From a virus, in IMG/VR virus record IMGVR_UViG_3300042516_005631, positions 1 to 64,000 of that record: a stretch of DNA of 64,000 nucleotides, one strand, 5' to 3'. Positions 57,847-64,000 of this stretch are shown here, piece by piece (the first letter of the stretch is position 1; the number at the start of each line of letters is the position of its first letter). A program made the position numbers and the translations under genes. The notes beneath the pieces are model-generated. The model did not search any database. It was not told the origin of the DNA and worked only from the letters and a program-made list of their open reading frames with translations.

Positions 57847-58230
57847 TTAAATACCCTCTTCCTCTAATTCTTCTACTAAAATATCTACTGTTGAACGTCC
57901 TAATTTATTTACTAACCAAATACCACCTATAGTTAAACAATAAATATATTCTATTCCACTTTCAAACCCATAATCAAACAAATCTGGTACATTTGGAAAT
58001 GTTTTGAAATGTAAATCTTCTCCTCTATCACGATGATATGCTATTGTCCATAAGATTGATTCCCCTAACGCTGAGATATCCCCTAGTTCCATTAGTTTTT
58101 CGGTTTTTTCTCTATCGTAGTGGTTAAATAATTTTTTACCTACTCCATCTAAATAACCATCAAAATGACAATAAATTGATGTTACTGTTCCGTCTTGATT
58201 TTCAATTGCTATTCTACTTCTTGTTGCCAT
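57847..58230 (-). CDS. Hypothetical early protein
   Basis: MATRSRIA..SIYCHFDGY..GVG..LGDISAL..YHRDRGE. Confidence 0.82.
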   Translation of the reverse strand: MATRSRIAIENQDGTVTSIYCHFDGYLDGVGKKLFNHYDREKTEKLMELGDISALGESILWTIAYHRDRGEDLHFKTFPNVPDLFDYGFESGIEYIYCLTIGGIWLVNKLGRSTVDILVEELEEEGI

Positions 58231-58288
58231 AATTTTTCTCTTTATTTATACTGTAATATACGAAATTTCTTTAATATCTTCTATTCCT

Positions 58289-58669
58289 CTATTTTTTATC
58301 AATTATCACTTCAACTTTAATTTCTCCATCTACAAAACGACTAACCTGAAAGTATTCTACTTCATCCATTGCTTTAATGTCTTTCTTTAATTTGTTTAAA
58401 GTTGTTTTATTTTTAATTGAGCCACAACTAAATGCAGGTGAATCAAAATACTTGATTCGATATGCTCCATACGGGTTTGTGTTTTTAACTATTTTCCAAT
58501 CATCATCAGTCAATAAGTCTAGTCTTTTATTTCTATCTTTAATTGTTGCTGAGTAGTGGTAGCCACAATTTTGGCAATTTACATATTGTTCTCCTGTTTT
58601 GTAATAGAAATCACTAAACGCTTCGTGTTCACAGTTTGGACACTCTATTTCATCTATAAAACTTCCCAT
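58289..58669 (-). CDS. Zinc-ribbon early protein
   Basis: CPNC..DFYYKTGE..CQNCGY. Confidence 0.78.
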   Translation of the reverse strand: MGSFIDEIECPNCEHEAFSDFYYKTGEQYVNCQNCGYHYSATIKDRNKRLDLLTDDDWKIVKNTNPYGAYRIKYFDSPAFSCGSIKNKTTLNKLKKDIKAMDEVEYFQVSRFVDGEIKVEVIIDKK

Positions 58670-58670
58670 T

Positions 58671-59243
58671 TTAATCTTCTCTTGTAATACTTTCTAAACC
58701 AAACAAATAAGCTAATACTGTTTCTTCCATTCCTTCATAACATGTAAGTTCCATTGATGTTAATATCTCAGCTACAGTTGATGAATTTTGTACCTTTTCA
58801 ATAGCTTTCATACAATGGTTAGTGTTAGTTTTGATTGTTTTAATAATATCTTCAATTTGATCTACTGTATCGTCGTCAATATCTTGTATTGACATTTTAA
58901 CATCTTGTAGCATATCAAATTCAAAATCTTCAATATGTCCTTCTAACATATTTATAACTCGTTGCTTACCTTCTTTAAAATTAAATTTCATAACTTTCTT
59001 ATTTTCTTCAAATATACGACCTTCTTTTTGCTGAGAAACTTCCTCTACTTTTGTAAATTGATGTTCAAAATAACCACCATCTGCTTGTTCACCTGATAAT
59101 TCATCTCGAATCCATTTTACAAAAACATATTCTTCATCATTCCATCCAATGTAATACTCTTCAACTATAGCTGTTGCTCCTTTTTTAGCTGCGTATGTAC
59201 CTTCTCCTTCAAATTCTACTATGTCTCCTTTTTTAAATTTCAT
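58671..59243 (-). CDS. Apparent fusion of two early genes (internal promoter and ATG at 58991)
   Basis: MKFKKGDIV N-domain reads through a full promoter element at 59011-59044. Confidence 0.7.
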   Translation of the reverse strand: MKFKKGDIVEFEGEGTYAAKKGATAIVEEYYIGWNDEEYVFVKWIRDELSGEQADGGYFEHQFTKVEEVSQQKEGRIFEENKKVMKFNFKEGKQRVINMLEGHIEDFEFDMLQDVKMSIQDIDDDTVDQIEDIIKTIKTNTNHCMKAIEKVQNSSTVAEILTSMELTCYEGMEETVLAYLFGLESITRED

Positions 59244-59400
59244 CTTCTAATTTCTTTTTTATTCCATCCAATATCATATTTACCCCATCATATACTTCAT
59301 CAATTAGATAAAGGTTAGGATGGTATTCATCTATAAGTTCATTTAATTGAAATACAAATGCTTTTAATCGTTCTGGGTTGTTTTCTGCAAATTTATTCAT
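59233..59400 (-). CDS. 55-aa early protein
   Basis: MNKFAENNPERLKAFVFQLNELIDEYHP... behind promoter 59425. Confidence 0.6.
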   Translation of the reverse strand: MNKFAENNPERLKAFVFQLNELIDEYHPNLYLIDEVYDGVNMILDGIKKKLEDEI

Positions 59401-59441
59401 AACTTTTATTTTTTTCTTACTTGAAATATACGAAAGGCTCT

Positions 59442-60203
59442 TTAATTAGAGCCTTCCTTTTTTACTTGTTTTGAAAATTTATCTAACAATTCCTCTGAAT
59501 TCATTTTCTCAAATTCAGCATCATATTTTTTATGAAGAATTTCTTTATTTTGATATGTGTTTAATGTAAGCTGAATGTAACTACCTGATTCAAATTTAAC
59601 TTCAATAACATCAAATGTACCACTATATCTTGAATAGTCACTTTTAACCGTTATTGTAGCATTTGGGTACAATTTTGTATACTTTTCAACTGTACTTAGT
59701 TTTAAACCGTTTTTCTTTTTATATTCCTCCAACAATTGTTCTTGACGGGAATTGTATGTTTTTAATTTTTCAAGTAATGTTGCAGGTTTAATGTAGCGAT
59801 AATTATCTTGAATAGTACTACAATTAACTTTATCTCTTTCAAATTCAATATTGAATGTAGAATCAACCAATTCATTTGGTTTTGAATATGTATCAAATTG
59901 TTTTCCTTTCAAAAAAATACCCCCACCAATTGCTTTATATGTTATTTCAGCTCTAAAATCAGTTTTGTTATAGGAATAACCTATTGTTGTTTCATTAGTA
60001 ACAGTTTCTACTTTAAATGTATTAACAAAATCAACATCTTTAACAAAACCATTGTTGATAAGCAATTGCTCGCGTTGTTTGTTTATACTCTCATTTGTAT
60101 TAGCAATATCTTCTCTAATTTTGATAAATTCTGCTATTTTTTGTTCTTGTTCAGGTGTAAATAATATACCATCAAATAAACTTAATTGAATTCCTTCTTT
60201 CAT
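59442..60203 (-). CDS. Hypothetical early protein
   Basis: 253-aa ORF behind promoter 60229. Confidence 0.8.
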   Translation of the reverse strand: MKEGIQLSLFDGILFTPEQEQKIAEFIKIREDIANTNESINKQREQLLINNGFVKDVDFVNTFKVETVTNETTIGYSYNKTDFRAEITYKAIGGGIFLKGKQFDTYSKPNELVDSTFNIEFERDKVNCSTIQDNYRYIKPATLLEKLKTYNSRQEQLLEEYKKKNGLKLSTVEKYTKLYPNATITVKSDYSRYSGTFDVIEVKFESGSYIQLTLNTYQNKEILHKKYDAEFEKMNSEELLDKFSKQVKKEGSN

Positions 60204-60245
60204 AACTTTCTTTTTTTATTTATACTTTAATATACGAAATCTATT

Positions 60246-60416
60246 TTACTTTTCTTTGTCCTTCATTAATTCTTCTCCAAAATCAGAATTTTTACACCAC
60301 AATTCCCACATTGCATTAAACCATGCTGGGCCATCTTCTTCATATGTTAGTCCTTCAACAGTTGCATGTGTGTTTCTAACCAAAAACGCTGTCCAATTTA
60401 ATAACCAAGGTTCCAT
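60246..60416 (-). CDS. 56-aa Trp-rich early protein
   Basis: MEPWLLNWTAFLVRNTHATVEGLTYEEDGPAWFNAMWELWCK... behind promoter 60437. Confidence 0.65.
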   Translation of the reverse strand: MEPWLLNWTAFLVRNTHATVEGLTYEEDGPAWFNAMWELWCKNSDFGEELMKDKEK

Positions 60417-60458
60417 TTTCTTTTAATTTATACTTTAATATACGAAATCTCTTTTAAA

Positions 60459-60845
60459 TTAACTATTCCTTTTTGCTAATATCTTTTGATATTCTTCTTC
60501 ACATAAAGTTGTATACCAACCTATATCTGTTCTCAATTGTCCTGGTTTGCCTGTTACCTCGCATGTTTGGTAGCTTAAATCTTCTGCTTTGCTTATACGC
60601 GCATGCATTTCATCTGATGCTTCATTGATATAGAAGCGTAGACCACCAAATTTTTCCTTTATTTGGCATACTTCTTTGTTCCAACCCAATTCAATCAAAT
60701 CAGTGATAAGGTCTTTTATTAGTTGATACCAACCTGAATCGCATTCAAAGAATCCTGCATTCGTTATTGGTTCTCTATTTGAGTACATGCCATTTTCCAA
60801 CCCACCTATGGATTGTAGAAAATCGTTCATTTCTTGTTCTGTCAT
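60459..60845 (-). CDS. Hypothetical protein
   Basis: ECDSGWYQLI, QIKEKFGGLRFY, TCEVTGKPG..WYTTLC. Confidence 0.82.
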   Translation of the reverse strand: MTEQEMNDFLQSIGGLENGMYSNREPITNAGFFECDSGWYQLIKDLITDLIELGWNKEVCQIKEKFGGLRFYINEASDEMHARISKAEDLSYQTCEVTGKPGQLRTDIGWYTTLCEEEYQKILAKRNS

Positions 60846-61093
60846 AGTTGTTCTATTTCTTGTTTAACTTGTTGCCAACTCGTTAAAGAGCCTGCGATAA
60901 GGCCTTTAGCATGTGGGTGTAAATCTTCTGCTACTTCAAGTGATTCTTTTAAGTCTTTTAATATCTCATCTACTGCAATTAAAGCACATTGTTTAGCTGT
61001 TGGATGATAAATTATAGAATAGTCTGCTAACTTCTGTTTTCTTATGTTCATAAAAGCTTCAACTAGCTCTTCTGCTTTTTCTTTTGGTGTCAT
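60842..61093 (-). CDS. Hypothetical protein
   Basis: MTPKEKAEELV..AKQCALIAVDEIL..WQQVKQEIEQL; start reassigned. Confidence 0.78.
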   Translation of the reverse strand: MTPKEKAEELVEAFMNIRKQKLADYSIIYHPTAKQCALIAVDEILKDLKESLEVAEDLHPHAKGLIAGSLTSWQQVKQEIEQL

Positions 61094-61094
61094 T

Positions 61095-61403
61095 TTATTC
61101 TGGTTCTTGGTATAATCCTGCTGATTCATCATCTTTCATCATTTGAATCAATTTTGATTCCCTAACATATTTTCGAATTAAAGCAATAATTACTTTAGGT
61201 TCCTCAGCAAATTTTATTTTATCATCATTTTTAATTCCAAACCAAGCAATGTTGAAACCATGATTTGCTGTAAAATCTTCTGATTTAATTCGAATACCAT
61301 TTACTTTATCTAAGTAGATCCATGGATAATTTCCAACCAATTCTATTTCGATACCACAACGTCTTAATCGTTTAACTAAAATTGAAATTACGTCTTCTCC
61401 CAT
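61095..61403 (-). CDS. Hypothetical protein
   Basis: GIEIELVGNYPWIYLDKVNG..ANHGF. Confidence 0.75.
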   Translation of the reverse strand: MGEDVISILVKRLRRCGIEIELVGNYPWIYLDKVNGIRIKSEDFTANHGFNIAWFGIKNDDKIKFAEEPKVIIALIRKYVRESKLIQMMKDDESAGLYQEPE

Positions 61404-61453
61404 TTTTTTAATTTAATTTAATATACGAAAGCTCTCTTACGAGAACTAGTCCT

Positions 61454-61843
61454 TTATTTTGTTAACCAACCAATACTATTCAAATATAAAAGAAATGCTT
61501 TAAATTCCTCTAAACCTTGTTTATCAAACATTTCTCTTGCATCAATCATTGAATCAGGATTATCTTCTAACACACCAAACATAAAGTTCGGATTATCAAC
61601 ATCATCTTCAACCCAATCTTTTCTATCTGCAGGACGTTTATCTGTTATTTTAATGTATGGGTCCGGGTAATGATCATCTAATGTTTCTGCTCCATCTAAC
61701 ATAATCACAGTTGCAACAAAACACCAGTCGTTTGATTCCCAAATACGTTCCATACTGAATGTAATATCTTTTTCTTTTATTTCAGGTGTTGGGTTAGTTT
61801 CTCTAACATACCATACACCGTTTACTTGAATTCTTTCTTCCAT
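61454..61843 (-). CDS. Early protein, paralogue of 57403-57810
   Basis: RIQVNGVWYVRE..WESNDWCF..ITDKRPA. Confidence 0.8.
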   Translation of the reverse strand: MEERIQVNGVWYVRETNPTPEIKEKDITFSMERIWESNDWCFVATVIMLDGAETLDDHYPDPYIKITDKRPADRKDWVEDDVDNPNFMFGVLEDNPDSMIDAREMFDKQGLEEFKAFLLYLNSIGWLTK

Positions 61844-61844
61844 A

Positions 61845-62201
61845 TCATTTATTTTCAGTTATTTCAATTAACTTTTTAAGACAAGCAAATTCTGCTTCTT
61901 CATAGGTGGTAAAATTTTCAAATCCATGTTCATTATTTCCTAAATCTTCCCATCCACTACAAAAACCATCACCACTAAAGTTAATAAAATTACATAATTG
62001 ATACTTCTCTCTAAACCATCTAAATGCTTGTTGGTATAGTGGTGCTGATGTAAATCCTCTTCTTGAGTAGTTAGGGGATGTATTTTTCATGTTGTCTAAA
62101 ACAAATTCATTTTCAACCCCATAGTATCCAAAACAAGGTTCATCAAATCCAAGTTGCTTCATCTTTAAAGCTAACTCATAAGGTACAAATTCTTTTTCCA
62201 T
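61845..62201 (-). CDS. Hypothetical protein
   Basis: MEKEFVPYELALKMKQLGFDEPCF..APLYQQAFRWFREK..TYEEAE. Confidence 0.8.
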   Translation of the reverse strand: MEKEFVPYELALKMKQLGFDEPCFGYYGVENEFVLDNMKNTSPNYSRRGFTSAPLYQQAFRWFREKYQLCNFINFSGDGFCSGWEDLGNNEHGFENFTTYEEAEFACLKKLIEITENK

Positions 62202-62251
62202 TCTCTTAATTTTCTCAAATATACGAAATTTTTACTTTAAAACCTATTCCT

Positions 62252-62506
62252 TTACTTTAATATAAAATACATTGACAACAAAGCACCTATTGTATAACCT
62301 AAAGAACTAGCCAATGCTAAAAAAAACCTACCTTTCCATGTTTTTTCATCTGCAACAAAACCAGCAAATGGTAAAGCAATAAACGGACCTACAAATGCCC
62401 AAAACATTGTGCTTGTAATGCTTTTATCTGCTACTGAGCTGATGTACATTGTACTTCCAACTTCTAAAATTAGAGCTGATATAGAAATGATTAAATACCT
62501 ATTCAT
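62252..62506 (-). CDS. Small multi-pass membrane protein
   Basis: Start reassigned to MNRYLII; three hydrophobic segments. Confidence 0.7.
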   Translation of the reverse strand: MNRYLIISISALILEVGSTMYISSVADKSITSTMFWAFVGPFIALPFAGFVADEKTWKGRFFLALASSLGYTIGALLSMYFILK

Positions 62507-62732
62507 GGTAATTAAAGCAAACAGCCATATATGTTGGTACATAAAACATTTGTCCTGCACATTCATTATATTTTGTATGTTCTTCGTGTGGCAGGACTTC
62601 AAAGTATGACTTTTCCTCGTCATACGAAATTAGACGTGCTTTCATAGTTGGAGAGATGTTGGTAAATGTTACTCTACCAACTGCCTCTCTAATATGGTTA
62701 AGAGTTTTAACACGTTGTGTTACTTGTCTCAT
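62499..62732 (-). CDS. Hypothetical protein
   Basis: Coupled on both sides. Confidence 0.65.
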   Translation of the reverse strand: MRQVTQRVKTLNHIREAVGRVTFTNISPTMKARLISYDEEKSYFEVLPHEEHTKYNECAGQMFYVPTYMAVCFNYHE

Positions 62733-62932
62733 TTTTTCATTCTATAAACTATAAATGCAATCAAAAGAGCTGTTCCTGCAATCAGTATAGCTGCTGAAAT
62801 TGGTATCCAAAGCGGGGCTGTAACCCACCACCAACTCCAAGTAATATGACCTGTTAATTTTAAAGTCATAAATATAAGGAATAGTATCATACCAATTCCA
62901 ATTCCGTTTGTGTTTGTTTTTTTATCGCTCAT
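62729..62932 (-). CDS. Small membrane protein
   Basis: LFLIFMTLKLTGHITWSWWWVTAPLW. Confidence 0.8.
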   Translation of the reverse strand: MSDKKTNTNGIGIGMILFLIFMTLKLTGHITWSWWWVTAPLWIPISAAILIAGTALLIAFIVYRMKK

Positions 62933-63068
62933 TTATATATTTTTCTGTTATTTTAATTTGACGCTCTAATATGTCTATATACTTGTCACGTGATTCAATG
63001 TCTTTCTTTAAAATTTCAATTATTTCCTGTTGAATCTCAATTATTTTCTCTAGTTGTTTTCTCTTCAT
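62922..63068 (-). CDS. 48-aa coiled-coil protein
   Basis: MKRKQLEKIIEIQQEIIEILKKDIESRDKYIDILERQIK... Confidence 0.5.
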   Translation of the reverse strand: MKRKQLEKIIEIQQEIIEILKKDIESRDKYIDILERQIKITEKYINER

Positions 63069-63225
63069 TTTTATTTTCTTTAGATTCTTTTATTTCAGCA
63101 TAAATTATAGCATAAACAATTGTTAGAATAAATAGAAATAGTGTTTCTACTGTGAAAAAATAAAGCCCTGCTACTATAGCGGCTAATACTAAAAGTGTTG
63201 TTGTTGTTTGTAAATGTGTATTCAT
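63037..63225 (-). CDS. Small membrane protein
   Basis: Two hydrophobic segments; behind promoter 63248. Confidence 0.65.
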   Translation of the reverse strand: MNTHLQTTTTLLVLAAIVAGLYFFTVETLFLFILTIVYAIIYAEIKESKENKNEEKTTRENN

Positions 63226-63285
63226 TTTCTTTTTTTTAATTTATGTTAATATACGAAATTTCTTTTGCTCATAAACGTCCTTTTT

Positions 63286-63322
63286 TAAAAAACCTGCCGT
63301 ATGTTCGTATCCACACGGCAGG
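63286..63322 (-). terminator. Intrinsic terminator after the tRNA-like element
   Basis: Stem CCTGCCGT/ACGGCAGG followed by T6 on minus strand. Confidence 0.7.
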
Positions 63323-63348
63323 AAAAGAAACGGTTATGAAGCGTTTTG

Positions 63349-63455
63349 TAGTCAGAACAGGATTCGAACCTGTAAGTGGGTTTATTCATTTCATTCTTAT
63401 ATCACCCTTTCATATAATCTTCTAGATAGCGTCTAACCAATTCCGCCACCTGACT
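63349..63455 (-). tRNA. tRNA-like element (Leu-type D arm, no canonical anticodon arm)
   Basis: Acceptor AGTCAGG/TCTGACT, D arm GCGGAATTGGTTAGACGC, T arm ACAGG-TTCGAAT-CCTGT; ~55-nt atypical middle; no encoded CCA. Confidence 0.7.
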
Positions 63456-63464
63456 ATTTTTTGC

Positions 63465-64000
63465 TTAGGCAGCTATAAATTCAGCTGCCATTGCAAATAA
63501 TTTTTGATTGATTTCTAGGTCTTGTTTGAAATTTTTCACTTTACGTGCTTTTCTTATTTTAGCACCTGACATATATGTGAATCCTCCATCCAATATTTTC
63601 TCTTGGATCACATTAAATACTGACCATAAATCACTGCCTTTATCTTCAGGGCGAGTTGGTTCAAGTAACAAATCTAAATCAATGTTCATTGCCTCAACTT
63701 GTTCTTCCTCGAATCGAGTTGTCAATGCTTTTTTAGCTAATTCTTTTGCTTGCTCCTCATTCAATTGGATAGCTTTCATTTTATTCATTGATTCAACTGT
63801 TAATGGTAATTGTTCAACCATAGCACGGATTTGTGTTTGCAATTCCTCAAATGTGTAACCCATGTGACGCATTTTTACATCATTGAATTGCTCAGTGGAA
63901 ATAACTAAACCATTTTCACATACCAAACGAAACAAACCAGCTGTAAATGTAAATGCATTTTTTCCGTCATTTGAATTTGTTAATAGGATTTGTGGAAATA
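63465..64000 (-). CDS. DUF932/DUF945-family protein (5' end outside the window)
   Basis: PQILLTNSNDGKNAFTFTAGLFRLVCENGL, RPED..DLWSVFNVIQE. Confidence 0.85.
   Translation of the reverse strand, partial: FPQILLTNSNDGKNAFTFTAGLFRLVCENGLVISTEQFNDVKMRHMGYTFEELQTQIRAMVEQLPLTVESMNKMKAIQLNEEQAKELAKKALTTRFEEEQVEAMNIDLDLLLEPTRPEDKGSDLWSVFNVIQEKILDGGFTYMSGAKIRKARKVKNFKQDLEINQKLFAMAAEFIAA

Larger units (their letters stand above)
51101..63281 (-). promoter_or_regulatory. Dispersed array of ~28 bipartite early promoter elements AGGAnnn-N17-TTCGTATATT
   Basis: Plus-strand aatatacga at approx. 51101, 51504, 51704, 52074, 52215, 52433, 52695, 52946, 53209, 53494, 54483, 54927, 55468, 55686, 56114, 56390, 56691, 56972, 57386, 57830, 58255, 59011, 59425, 60229, 60437, 61420, 62218, 63248. 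Each is followed after 17 nt by nnntcct/nnnnccc and usually lies 15-50 nt upstream of an ATG. Confidence 0.88.

Noticed and set aside
51101-63281. CRISPR array or integron interpretation of the dispersed repeats
   Set aside because: Repeats are degenerate, spacing is gene-sized and variable, there is no attC-like structure, and no cas or integrase gene was seen in the window.
63349-63455. Assignment as a functional tRNA-Leu or suppressor tRNA (TAG/CTA triplets are present)
   Set aside because: The triplets do not sit in a 7-nt loop on a 5-bp stem, so no anticodon can be assigned.
18-63858. All plus-strand ORFs and nested short minus-strand ORFs in the track (e.g. 2697-3203, 1780-2109, 7263-7511, 63508-63858)
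   Set aside because: They are antisense or alternate-frame shadows of well-supported genes, with biased Ser/Phe/Leu composition and no expression signals.
1-64000. Stop-codon reassignment as seen in some large phages
   Set aside because: Core genes, including a 1997-aa ORF, are intact in the standard code, and TAG and TGA end genes at sensible boundaries.

Overview
A 64-kb, very AT-rich segment of a large tailed dsDNA phage distantly related to the T4 superfamily. It is probably a myovirus (gp6/gp25-like baseplate) and probably infects Bacteroidota (TAnnTTTG-type promoters, A-rich starts without Shine-Dalgarno, Hc1-like histone). All credible genes are on the minus strand and use the standard code. 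In transcription order: (i) 64-50.9 kb is an early region of about 45 tiny genes, most preceded by one of about 28 copies of a bipartite promoter-like element (AGGAnnn-N17-TTCGTATATT). It also holds a tRNA-like element with no canonical anticodon arm, a non-coding island of iteron-like repeats, and several genes almost free of cytosine on the coding strand. (ii) A GC-rich boundary lies at about 50.5-50.9 kb. (iii) Next come an HD hydrolase, a gp55-like late sigma factor and a baseplate/tail module (28.5-45 kb). (iv) Then endonuclease II, primase and a PD-(D/E)XK exonuclease. (v) Last is a long head module: putative internal proteins and enzymes with L/I-x-E leaders, terminase, portal, prohead protease, scaffold and major capsid protein, interrupted by three free-standing homing endonucleases. 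Product calls rest on recognised motifs and gene context only; no database searches were run.
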